IMG/VR virus record: IMGVR_UViG_3300023180_000052
Location: 1-63,905 of that record
DNA length: 63,905 nucleotides
Reading direction: 5' to 3' (one strand)
DNA from: a virus
Taxonomy: Duplodnaviria > Caudoviricetes
Below, piece by piece: positions 38,524 to 47,890 of this stretch (the stretch's first letter is position 1; every line of letters starts with the position of its first letter). The notes below the pieces were generated by a model, which was not told the DNA's origin, did no database searches, and worked only from the letters and a program-made list of their open reading frames with translations. A program made the position numbers and the translations under genes.

Positions 38524-39431
38524 GAGCGATACCTTGCCCTATCAGTAGAGAGAGGTTTGTAGACCTCTATGTGAACCAATGCTTAACCGAGAAACAGATC
38601 AACGAGCTTTTGATTTCTGAGGGTCTTGACTCAAGCATGAAGCGTATTCGTAGTTGGAGACTACGCTATGAGATTGAGACAGTTGCGAAATATGATCGGC
38701 TTGATTTACCTAAGATTGAGGGAGAGCTAAAGTCAATCCTTATCGGGTCAATGCTTGGTGACGGTCGTATTGCCTTTAGGACGAACGCTTCGCATTATGA
38801 GGAACGCCACGCACCTAATCAGAAAGAGTATCTTGAATGGAAGCAAAAGAAATGGGGCAAGTGGTCTAGTGGCGAGTTGACCACAGCCATGAGTCGAGAG
38901 TTTACTTCTTATATCTTTCGCACCCATGCTCACCCTATGTTGAATGAGTACCGAGACTTGTTCTATGAGGAAAGGGATAAGGGTTGGAAAGTAGTTAAGT
39001 ATGACATTGTAGATCAAGTAGACGAGTTAGCATTTGCGATGTGGTATCTTGATGATGGGTTTAGTGGTCATTGGCCTTGTATCACTTTTGGAGCTAAAGG
39101 GGAGAGTCGAGCGAACGCTTACTTAATCTTTGAGAAGTTTGGTTTATCCCCTAGATGGAAACTCAGGAAAGGTGAGACAGGAGAGTTCCATTTCCGAGAG
39201 GAAGATGCTGAGAGGTTTATTGAGATCGTTAGCCCTCATGTACCCGACTGTATGAAATACAAGTTAGACTTTGGATTTCAAGGTCGCAACAATGCTGTTA
39301 AGAAGAAGATGGACAAGGACTTGTTATTAGAGCTTAGGGGTAAGGGTTGGAGTCAGCGTAGGATTGCTAAGTATCTTGATTGTGGTGCGAGCACAGTTGG
39401 TCGTTGGTTAGTGAAGTTTGGAGTAGACTGA
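38520..39431 (+). CDS. Free-standing LAGLIDADG endonuclease with terminal HTH domains
   Basis: LIGSMLGDG and FAMWYLDDG; QKEYLEWK; C-terminal SQRRIAKYLDCGASTVGRWL. Confidence 0.88.
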   Translation: MRAIPCPISRERFVDLYVNQCLTEKQINELLISEGLDSSMKRIRSWRLRYEIETVAKYDRLDLPKIEGELKSILIGSMLGDGRIAFRTNASHYEERHAPNQKEYLEWKQKKWGKWSSGELTTAMSREFTSYIFRTHAHPMLNEYRDLFYEERDKGWKVVKYDIVDQVDELAFAMWYLDDGFSGHWPCITFGAKGESRANAYLIFEKFGLSPRWKLRKGETGEFHFREEDAERFIEIVSPHVPDCMKYKLDFGFQGRNNAVKKKMDKDLLLELRGKGWSQRRIAKYLDCGASTVGRWLVKFGVD

Positions 39432-39437
39432 TTCTAG

Positions 39438-39492
39438 GGGATAGAAAAGTCTATACTTAACAACAAGTGCATACTTTTCTATCCCTTTTTTT
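39438..39492 (+). terminator. Long-stem terminator-like hairpin
   Basis: gggatagaaaagt ... acttttctatccc plus T-run. Confidence 0.7.
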
Positions 39493-39552
39493 GTTTGTTT
39501 ATCTTCTCTATTAGGTGTTCCTTTAACCTTTAGCTCATACGGAGAAATGATT

Positions 39553-39918
39553 ATGAGAAGAACAGCATCAGAAGTCCTTAGAGACTTAGAAATAAGAGTA
39601 GCCAACCTTGAAAAACAAGCGAGTATCATTGCTAACACCATAGTTCAACAGCTTGGTGGTAGTCGTAGGCTTCAAATTTTCATTGGGTTAAAGCAGATTC
39701 TTACTGCGTCTAATGCCGTTACCTTAGTATTTCCAAAACCTAAACATAGAGGTGCTGTGAATAGGGTTCGTATCACTCTTAATGGTAAAGACCTCTATGA
39801 CATGGAATTCATTCGCACTCATGGTCATAGCGTAAAGGTAGTAAAAGAGTTCAATGATGTTTATGCAGAGGACTTGAAAGATCGGTTTGAAGATGGTACA
39901 GGACTCTACATTCGTTAA
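39553..39918 (+). CDS. Leader-bearing hypothetical protein
   Basis: MRRTASEVLRDLEIRVANLEKQAS then a compact alpha/beta domain. Confidence 0.75.
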   Translation: MRRTASEVLRDLEIRVANLEKQASIIANTIVQQLGGSRRLQIFIGLKQILTASNAVTLVFPKPKHRGAVNRVRITLNGKDLYDMEFIRTHGHSVKVVKEFNDVYAEDLKDRFEDGTGLYIR

Positions 39919-39937
39919 TGATAGAGGAAGGTGTATC

Positions 39938-40483
39938 TTGAAATATTTATCGTTAATGATTCTGAGCTTAGTTCTTCTATTTCCCACGACTACTCTAGCA
40001 GAGGAAACAGTAGAGGAAAACAATTGGGAAGTGAGCTTCGGCACGACTCAAATGTTTATCGGTTGGTACGACAAGGGTTCTTCACCTGTACCGACTGCTT
40101 CAGCGACTCTTATTCTTTCTCGTAAGGTTTTTGGAGACTTTGCCCTATGGGGTGTGTTTAATCTCCCACTTGTACCTAATAAGAGAGTAACAGAAGACGG
40201 TTTACTAGTAGAGACTCAGACACCTCCAACATTTATGTTAGGGGCGAGCTATGAGCTTATGAGTTATGAGATCAGTAAAACTAAGAGTTTGGGTATAGAC
40301 GCAGGTGCTTCTGTGGGCAGACCTTTGACGCTTGACGGGCAGTTATTTCCTGTGGGTGCTTTCCGTTTCAAGATTCTTACCTCTCAAGACAGCACGATGT
40401 ATGCAGGGGTTACGACTTCGCCTTACAATGCTGAGGGTGATCTTGTTTGGGGTATCATTTACGGAGCAGGTACGAGGTTTTAG
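39938..40483 (+). CDS. Probable outer-membrane beta-barrel protein
   Basis: TTG start after GGAAGG; signal peptide ending TLA; amphipathic strands; C-terminal YGAGTRF. Confidence 0.6.
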   Translation: MKYLSLMILSLVLLFPTTTLAEETVEENNWEVSFGTTQMFIGWYDKGSSPVPTASATLILSRKVFGDFALWGVFNLPLVPNKRVTEDGLLVETQTPPTFMLGASYELMSYEISKTKSLGIDAGASVGRPLTLDGQLFPVGAFRFKILTSQDSTMYAGVTTSPYNAEGDLVWGIIYGAGTRF

Positions 40484-40487
40484 CTTT

Positions 40488-40919
40488 TTAAGTCAGAAGC
40501 TCTAAGGCTCTTTCGAGGTTTTTCATATTAAACCCGTAATCTTGGTATTTCTTATGTACTCGTTCTAGGTATTTGAGTGAGGGCGTGTTCATTTCCTCAC
40601 TATCTACATAGTAAACTTTAGCTCTAACGAATCCCCCCTCGTCTGTAAGTATGTCCATTTCAGATACTTTAGACTTGTTTATTGGCGAAGGTAGCTCTTT
40701 AGAGTCTACGGTATAAAGAACACCCTCTACATAGTCGTTGTACTTGCTAGGGGAAATAGAACAGAACCCTTTACCTGTTTCTTTATCCTTACCTGCAAAG
40801 ACGAGTCTGAACCCTTTTAGGGTTGCGAACTTGTAGAACTGTGCAGAGGGGTACTCTGTTGTCATTCTAAACTCTTCTAGGTTTAGTCCATATGCAAAGT
40901 AAAAGGTAGGGGATTTCAT
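40488..40919 (-). CDS. Gamma-glutamylcyclotransferase-like protein
   Basis: YFAYGLNL, L.GFRLVF, VEGVLY, PSLKYL. Confidence 0.8.
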   Translation of the reverse strand: MKSPTFYFAYGLNLEEFRMTTEYPSAQFYKFATLKGFRLVFAGKDKETGKGFCSISPSKYNDYVEGVLYTVDSKELPSPINKSKVSEMDILTDEGGFVRAKVYYVDSEEMNTPSLKYLERVHKKYQDYGFNMKNLERALELLT

Positions 40920-40990
40920 ATTTCTTATCCTTTCTTTATCGAGAGTCATTATAATAATACAGCATATATAGTTTACAAAAGAGGTGAAGC

Positions 40991-42718
40991 ATGAACGAGA
41001 CATTAGCTCAATTAATTAGGTTAGCGTATGACAACCCTGACCTGCGTAGTTTATTGCTTCCGATTATCATTTCTGAGATCGACCCTCAACTTTTGCTCAA
41101 GACAGGTGCTTCCACGAAGTCACAGAAGCGAAAAAAGAAAAAAATAAAGGAAAGAGAGAGGGAGAAGGAGCAAGAAAGAGAGAGGGAGAGGGAGAGGATT
41201 CAGAATGCTACGATAGAAGAAATGCTATCTGACTTTGAGTTTATTGCTCACATCAAGAGAACTCAAAAAGACAATACTTGGGTAGACCCAAATACTAACC
41301 TAGAGAATAACATTAACTCTATTCTTTCTAAAGCTCGTGGGCAGTCTGATATTTCTGGTGAGAATATTAGTCAAGAGTGGGCAAGTGGTATTATTTCTGA
41401 GCTATATAAACAACATAGAGAAGAAGTATCTGTAGACACCGCTTATGGTGGAGATCAATATAAAGCCGAGTTAGATCAGCTTCACGAAATGCTTGATGGG
41501 TTAGCTAATACAGGAGCACTTGATGAGCTAAGAAAAGATTCGAGAAGAGTTTGTACCTTAATTTCTAGGAAGATGTCTGAGGGTGCTTTCGTAGAGCGAT
41601 CAGGAGCCATTTCTAAAATGGCTGACAACTTCCTATGGGGTCTTGAAAGACAGGCTATTCCGATTGCCGATCTCCTTCGTAAGTTGAATGAGCTAAAAGA
41701 AAAGATGAAAGAGAAAGACCGAGAAAGCCTGTCAACGACAGGTGAGCTTCAACCACTTGATGATGTAGTCTTTGAGGAAGTTGCAAAATTGTTAGGGAAA
41801 GGGACTTATGCCGTTGTAAATTTAGAATATGAGGCTCAGATAGAAAAACTGCAAAATGATTTAGGCGATCTGTTAGGGAAACAAATACTTAAAGGGATTA
41901 AAGAGTATGGTAAGGAAGCTATTTCTGAGGGGACTATGGCTGTTTTAGAAGCTACAGTGGGGGCTGTGGGAGGGGGTGTTGTAACTGCTATTGCAAATGC
42001 TTTCGGTTTTGAACATAAGATGAGAAAAGTGAAAGGAAATGTGGTTGAGGTGGTAGGTCGGGGGGTAGACAAGATGAGAGGGACAAAAGGTTCGGGCGAA
42101 CATTGGGAAGAAAAATTCTTACAAGCTACGATGACACCTGCTTCGATTAATGATGCTTATCAAGGCAGAGTAGATGAGATTTCAGCTAAAGTTAAGGAAG
42201 CTGAAACTAGAGAAGATATACTTTCTTTAATCGGAGAAGTGAGAAATACTACTGACCAATACTATACAGAAGCTAAGGTTGATATAGATAGGTCTATCCA
42301 AAGGTCAGTGGTTTACAAGAGAATAGACTCTGCGAGGAACAGGGGTAATCAGGAGATTCAGAATACGCCTAGAGGTCAAAGAGACACCTCTGTTTCAAGG
42401 CAGTTAGACAGAGCCATAGCAGGAGTCTCTAACTTAGCAAATCTTGTTTCTAAGGCAGAAGCGAAGACTGAAGATTTAAGGAGTAAGTTTGCTTCAGAGC
42501 CAAAACACGCAGGCATTTCTTTACTACTCATACAGAGAGAACTAGAGCAGGCATACGCAGAACAAGAGATTATTTCTGCTTTTGAGTCTGAGACACCAAA
42601 AATGTTTGAAAGGTCAATAGATATACTTAAAGATCGTGACAAACGAGACTTGATCTTTGGTGTTAAGGACAAAGAGATCAGAGATTCTTTCAATAAGTTG
42701 ACTGAGGCTGAAGTTTAA
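40991..42718 (+). CDS. Helical hypothetical protein with N-terminal AY tag
   Basis: LIRLAYDNPDLRSLLLPII; GAGGTG RBS. Confidence 0.75.
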   Translation: MNETLAQLIRLAYDNPDLRSLLLPIIISEIDPQLLLKTGASTKSQKRKKKKIKEREREKEQERERERERIQNATIEEMLSDFEFIAHIKRTQKDNTWVDPNTNLENNINSILSKARGQSDISGENISQEWASGIISELYKQHREEVSVDTAYGGDQYKAELDQLHEMLDGLANTGALDELRKDSRRVCTLISRKMSEGAFVERSGAISKMADNFLWGLERQAIPIADLLRKLNELKEKMKEKDRESLSTTGELQPLDDVVFEEVAKLLGKGTYAVVNLEYEAQIEKLQNDLGDLLGKQILKGIKEYGKEAISEGTMAVLEATVGAVGGGVVTAIANAFGFEHKMRKVKGNVVEVVGRGVDKMRGTKGSGEHWEEKFLQATMTPASINDAYQGRVDEISAKVKEAETREDILSLIGEVRNTTDQYYTEAKVDIDRSIQRSVVYKRIDSARNRGNQEIQNTPRGQRDTSVSRQLDRAIAGVSNLANLVSKAEAKTEDLRSKFASEPKHAGISLLLIQRELEQAYAEQEIISAFESETPKMFERSIDILKDRDKRDLIFGVKDKEIRDSFNKLTEAEV

Positions 42719-42794
42719 TAGTTTCTTGTTGTTTAGTATGATGTAAACTATATGTAGGTCGGTATAACTGACCAATCTTCTACTTAAGAAAGAA

Positions 42795-43778
42795 ATGGAG
42801 AACACAATGGAGTTCATTCGAGGAACATTCCAAACTTTTGAGTCACAAACTACTGTTCATCTTGGTCGTTTGGAAAGAAATCTTTCTAAGGGCGATCTCG
42901 TTGAGTTTGATGGCTATACTCTGAAGTTTGCAGGGAAAGAGACTGTTATGCCTGAGTTGAAGGCGGGCATTAAGCGTGGTTGGTTGAAGCATACAGAGGC
43001 TTCAGCTTCTACTGTTGTTGCCGAGCCTGTGGTCGAAGCTCCTGCACCCCCTAAGAAAGAAATGAAGATCGACACCGTGTATGACGAGGAGAGGTCTGTC
43101 GCTGAGATCAACCCCACTAAGACTGAGGAAACAAAGAAGTTCCCTATTGTTGTTGAGTCACAAGACGATGATATGATCGCAGTCTCTAAGGTAGAGAATA
43201 AGAGTGGTGCGACAATCAATAACGCTTCTAGTGCCGAGACAGGTGGTGGTATCGCTGAGTCTCAAGGTGCTGAGTCAGTGGGCAAGATCAAGATCAAGAC
43301 AGCTTCTAAGCAGAAGACCGTTATTTCTGACGGGTCACAAGCAAGCTCTGAAATCTCTCGCCTAGAGAACCTTTCTCGTGACGCTGTGAAATCTGAGTCT
43401 ACTACTGAGGCTTCTGTTGAGAAGATTGCTTCTGAGATCAACGATCAGATTGAGGAAATCGATGAGGAGCTAGAACTTATTGATCTTCTTGAGGAAGAAG
43501 CTCCTGCCGTTGATGACCAAGCACTAGAGGCGGCTCAGATTCTTGCAGCTGTTGATGGTGAAGTACAGCCAACACAAGGTGCTGTCACAGTCGGTAAGGA
43601 TACCTCAAAGGTGAAGTCTTTACCTGTAGGCATTGATTGGGATATGGCTCCCCATTGGACGAAGCGAGCAAGCCTAGCTGTTGAGCTTTATCGTGACCAC
43701 CCTGAAATCTTAGAAGCGATTATGGCTGTAGAGTCTAAGGGCGTTGTTAACTCTATCAAGAAAGCGATTGAGGCTTAA
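42795..43778 (+). CDS. Acidic hypothetical protein
   Basis: Long ORF; start may be the second Met. Confidence 0.7.
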   Translation: MENTMEFIRGTFQTFESQTTVHLGRLERNLSKGDLVEFDGYTLKFAGKETVMPELKAGIKRGWLKHTEASASTVVAEPVVEAPAPPKKEMKIDTVYDEERSVAEINPTKTEETKKFPIVVESQDDDMIAVSKVENKSGATINNASSAETGGGIAESQGAESVGKIKIKTASKQKTVISDGSQASSEISRLENLSRDAVKSESTTEASVEKIASEINDQIEEIDEELELIDLLEEEAPAVDDQALEAAQILAAVDGEVQPTQGAVTVGKDTSKVKSLPVGIDWDMAPHWTKRASLAVELYRDHPEILEAIMAVESKGVVNSIKKAIEA

Positions 43779-43830
43779 TAATCTCTTGATATATTCCCTT
43801 CCTTGAATAGTTTTTGATAGGGAGAGAACC

Positions 43831-44412
43831 ATGAGAAATAAGAAAGCCTCAAGCCAAGCTTCTTGGTCGATTTTAGCAGGGGGCGTTTCAGACGCTAGAG
43901 TTGAAGCGTATAAGATCAGAATAGCAGTCAATCAGATGGTTGAAGCTCTTAAAGATTCCCCTGCTATTGAAGAAGTTTATCGCCTTTGTGGTGATACATT
44001 TCTCTCTATTCCTGATAGTCTTGCTCTCCTTGAGAGACATTTAGATAAGACTAATTATGCACTTATTACAATGGGTGCTGATTTCTACCGTCAGCGACTG
44101 CCCCATAGTGATCGTGAGACTGTAGATATTGCTTCTAAGTATAATCCTGCACCTCATGCGGCTCGTATGATTAACTCGGAAATGATCTCCAAAGAAGCAG
44201 GTACTTCAGGTGAGTTTTGGGAAGAGATTGCTGATCTCATTTCTGAGAAGATAGAGAATGGAGACAAAGAGATTACTATTTCTCGCAGAGAGCTTTCAGA
44301 CCCTAGTCAATATGGTGCGTTGGTTTCTTTTGAGAGAGAGGGTCTTGTTCAGAATTTTGGCTCGTATCTTGTGGTGACTCAAGATGGTATTCGTGCATTC
44401 CTACACGGGTAA
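43831..44412 (+). CDS. Hypothetical, probable virion protein
   Basis: MRNKKAS start; upstream motif and GGAG RBS. Confidence 0.7.
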   Translation: MRNKKASSQASWSILAGGVSDARVEAYKIRIAVNQMVEALKDSPAIEEVYRLCGDTFLSIPDSLALLERHLDKTNYALITMGADFYRQRLPHSDRETVDIASKYNPAPHAARMINSEMISKEAGTSGEFWEEIADLISEKIENGDKEITISRRELSDPSQYGALVSFEREGLVQNFGSYLVVTQDGIRAFLHG

Positions 44413-44483
44413 AACAAGGTAGGTCTTTTCTCATCGGACAAGATACTTTAAGCGTATTGCCACATCGCCAACAGATGAAGTGC

Positions 44484-44720
44484 TTAGGGTTTTTCTGAGG
44501 GGTTAGCTTCATTGCTTTTACGCTCCATTTCTCGTTGGAGATACCATATTGCTTTACTGATGTCCTCTTCAAAGGACTCATTGGGTTTAGACCCTGCTCT
44601 CAGAATATACTTGATGGCAGAGCCGAGTGAAAAGTTCAAATCATAGGCTTCGATTACGTCTATGGCTTTCATTCCATTTCCTTTATAATGGTCGGGTTGG
44701 TTTATCTTTTCATATCCCAT
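44484..44720 (-). CDS. DUF3310-type protein (related to T7 gp1.7/SaV)
   Basis: INQPDHY, AIDVIE, FSLGSAIKYILRAG.K, DISKAIWYL. Confidence 0.85.
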   Translation of the reverse strand: MGYEKINQPDHYKGNGMKAIDVIEAYDLNFSLGSAIKYILRAGSKPNESFEEDISKAIWYLQREMERKSNEANPSEKP

Positions 44721-44770
44721 TTATGTGAGCCTTTCTTAGAAGAAGCATTTATATTTTGAGGTAGGTTAGC

Positions 44771-47700
44771 ATGGCAAAGCACATAGACAAAGAAGCAGGG
44801 TTGGTAAAGCCACCACCTGCACTCTTCAGATTAGTGACACAGATCGCTCAAGGTGTATTAGCTGACCATGTTACTCGTAGTATATACAGCACCACAGTCG
44901 GTATGGAAGAAATAGAATATCTTGAAGAAGTAAACGAAGAAATACTTAAAGTTCTGAACAACTACGAAAAAGCTGACATGGAGGATTTCTTTGAGCTTGT
45001 TGATAGCTTTCGTATCGAATACCACGATGTTCTCAGAGTCATTCTTAACGACTATGAGGATTATCCAGAAGACGTTCAAATTAAAGAAGATGCAAAGTTC
45101 GGGTTGAAGCTTGTCGAGGAAATTACAAGATTCCACGACATAGAATTCAAACCTTACTCTAATAGAGACTTAGAGAAGCTCAGAGAGAGTAAGAGAGCAG
45201 TACAACTACTTGTTGCCGCTCTTTCTTTTGTCACGAAGCAACTAAGACTCAAGAAAGAAAGAGAACCTTATGAAGATAAGGACAGCTTTGAACGAGCTTT
45301 ATCTCAGCTTCCTAGAGAGTATCTCATAAGCAAGTACACCCACTTAAATTTAGGCGTTAAAGCAGAAGTTACTTACAATGACTTTAACCACCCAATAAAG
45401 CTAACTTTTAAGTTCCAAAACTCTAGGGTTTTGGGCAGTCATAGTATGGTTGGGAATTACCACCATATTCTGATTACTATGCCCGACAAACGGAAATATA
45501 GTCAGCAAGATTTAGATGCTGTTGAAGATACTGTTAGACATGAGTTAGTTCATGCTGTGCAAGAGGAAATAGCCACACGCAACTTATTAGCTGAGAGTGG
45601 TGGGTTGCCTTTCTCTAAGAGAGATCGAAGATTCAGACAGCATGACCAAGCAGGCGAGCGAAGAGTCCGTAATGAATTAAGGCAGTTAGGCTTAGACCCC
45701 AATTTAGCTAACTTTCATGCCCTTGATGATGTGGAATTCTACACAAGACTCTTAGACGAAGTTGAGGGCTTTAAGGACGAACACCCGAACCCCGACAATC
45801 GAACTATTTCTAGGTATATTAATAATAGACCTTTCTTTAGATCGCTCAAACACTTTAAGAAGAAGTATTGGGACAAGGCTGTGGGTCTGTTTTATCAAGC
45901 TGTAAATGAGGGTTCAGAAGCTCGTGTAGCGAGACAACTAATACAAGACCTTGCAGGCGTACAGACATGGGTAAGTAAGACTCGTCAAGATCAAATAGAG
46001 AACGACACTTCGACACCCGAACCTAGCAGGGCTGACTACCAAGACGGGAAGCCTCAGAGAGACAGGGTTTTACCCTTACCTAGTGGACACCCTAAAGGCA
46101 GAGATGAGGTAAGGGCAGGGCCACCTGTTTCTAACACTCCGTCTGATAGTGCAGGTTCATCTCTTAATCATAATACTCCGATGAACCCTAATGCTATTCC
46201 GAACCAACCCGATGGGAAACCACTTCATCAGCGACCTCGTTCTTCAGGGCTTCCTGGAGATGAATACGGACACCCTTACATAGACGCTAAGAATACAACA
46301 GGGTTGTCGAGGAGAACCTTCAAAACTGCTTTTGAAATGGACTTATCAGAGGGTGATGACCTTGATTATTTCCTTGAAGACGATGGCGACTTTTCTAACC
46401 GAGAAGGTGTGGGTCGAGCTAAGATTAATTGGAGAAGACCAAAGGTTCGACAACGAAAGTGGCAAGGTCAGCTCAAGAGAGAATACAAAGTTAATCGGGC
46501 TAGAACTAAGCGTAAAAACCTTAGTAAAAAGATTAATATGCGTAAGAGGTACTACGAAAGAAATAAGCACTTGATTCTGAGGTATCAAAAACGCAGGAGG
46601 GAGCACCCTGAACAGCATAAACGGTTTAAGGGAGGTCCTTCTACTCAAACTCAAAAAAATAACAGAAGCAAGAGAGCTGAAATGATGAAAGACACCTTGG
46701 CTTTGGTTCAGAATGTGGACATCTTCGATAGAATGGCAGAGGAAATGGAATCGTCAGAAATCATGGCGAAGCCTCGCTATCAAAGTGGACCTGGTTCGAG
46801 AAGTACCCACAAGCAACAGAAAACTAGACGTAAGCGTAAGAAGTTGAGGAACTCGAACTATACGAAATTGCGTAGGGCGAGAAAGAGATATTATCGCAAG
46901 AACAAAGCTAAGATTAAAAAGAGAGTGAAGACTTGGAGAAGAAAACATAAGCAAAGGCTCAAGAGGTATAAGCCTATGGGCAAGAAAGCTTCAATGTTCT
47001 TTGAGTACCCATTTCTTTTAGAGTGTTCTATTGAGGGTATGCCTCTTTGTGTCGAGCGTATTTCACCTTGTACCTCTTTTATAATTCTCAGTCATCAGAA
47101 CGATGAGTCTGATCTTTATGAAATGTCGCTTTACGACTTCTATTGGGAAGCCGAGTGGAATGATGAAGAAGATGAATGGGACTTTGATGACTTTGTAGAG
47201 GAAATAGCTGAAATGAAAAGAATTGCTAAGAATGTTCCGAACGACCCTAAACTGTGGGGGCAAATTATAGAGCTTGCTAAAGGGGAACGTAAGACTCCTG
47301 TAGAAAAAGGTGGGGTTAGCGTTTCTCCTGTTAGAGATGGTGAGGGGTTTCAGAAATACCCAAGTGCCTATGCAAATGGGTGGGCTTCAAAAGCTTATGG
47401 GGACTTAGGTGGTACTTGGTCTAAGCAAGCTAGTCAGCGTGATATTTCCTTGCCTACTTTACAGGTTCTCTTAGCTATTCTGAGAGGAGCACATTGGGCT
47501 CATTGGACAAGCCATTGGCAAGTCAAGGGGCAGAGCTACTATGGAGATCATCTATTACTAGAGAGAATCTATGAGTCTTTGATTGAGGAAATAGATACCC
47601 TCGCAGAGAAGATCGTAGGCACTTACGGTGCGATGGCTGTAGCTCCTGTCGAGCAGGCTCAGATTATGGCGAACACTCTTTTACCTGTAGCTGAGGCACA

Positions 47701-47887
47701 GGCAGAGAATGACCCTATCCGTAGAGCTTTAGTCATTGAAGAAGCGTTGCAGGTTGTCTTTAAGAACATCTATAAATCTCTCAAAGAAATGAACACTCTC
47801 ACTTTAGGTATGGACGACTTTTTGATGTCTATGGCTAATGCTCACGAAACAAATCTATATCTGTTACGACAAAGAACAAGGGGTTAA
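44771..47887 (+). CDS. Polyprotein-like: zincin-like domain, basic segments, ferritin/Dps-like C-terminal domain
   Basis: VRHELVHAVQ; HWQVKGQSYYGDHLLLERIYE..IDTLAEK. Confidence 0.7.
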   Translation: MAKHIDKEAGLVKPPPALFRLVTQIAQGVLADHVTRSIYSTTVGMEEIEYLEEVNEEILKVLNNYEKADMEDFFELVDSFRIEYHDVLRVILNDYEDYPEDVQIKEDAKFGLKLVEEITRFHDIEFKPYSNRDLEKLRESKRAVQLLVAALSFVTKQLRLKKEREPYEDKDSFERALSQLPREYLISKYTHLNLGVKAEVTYNDFNHPIKLTFKFQNSRVLGSHSMVGNYHHILITMPDKRKYSQQDLDAVEDTVRHELVHAVQEEIATRNLLAESGGLPFSKRDRRFRQHDQAGERRVRNELRQLGLDPNLANFHALDDVEFYTRLLDEVEGFKDEHPNPDNRTISRYINNRPFFRSLKHFKKKYWDKAVGLFYQAVNEGSEARVARQLIQDLAGVQTWVSKTRQDQIENDTSTPEPSRADYQDGKPQRDRVLPLPSGHPKGRDEVRAGPPVSNTPSDSAGSSLNHNTPMNPNAIPNQPDGKPLHQRPRSSGLPGDEYGHPYIDAKNTTGLSRRTFKTAFEMDLSEGDDLDYFLEDDGDFSNREGVGRAKINWRRPKVRQRKWQGQLKREYKVNRARTKRKNLSKKINMRKRYYERNKHLILRYQKRRREHPEQHKRFKGGPSTQTQKNNRSKRAEMMKDTLALVQNVDIFDRMAEEMESSEIMAKPRYQSGPGSRSTHKQQKTRRKRKKLRNSNYTKLRRARKRYYRKNKAKIKKRVKTWRRKHKQRLKRYKPMGKKASMFFEYPFLLECSIEGMPLCVERISPCTSFIILSHQNDESDLYEMSLYDFYWEAEWNDEEDEWDFDDFVEEIAEMKRIAKNVPNDPKLWGQIIELAKGERKTPVEKGGVSVSPVRDGEGFQKYPSAYANGWASKAYGDLGGTWSKQASQRDISLPTLQVLLAILRGAHWAHWTSHWQVKGQSYYGDHLLLERIYESLIEEIDTLAEKIVGTYGAMAVAPVEQAQIMANTLLPVAEAQAENDPIRRALVIEEALQVVFKNIYKSLKEMNTLTLGMDDFLMSMANAHETNLYLLRQRTRG

Positions 47888-47890
47888 GAA

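Noticed and set aside
38008-39500. Group I intron around the LAGLIDADG gene
   Set aside because: The capsid gene ends normally with a terminator; no interrupted gene or intron core recognised
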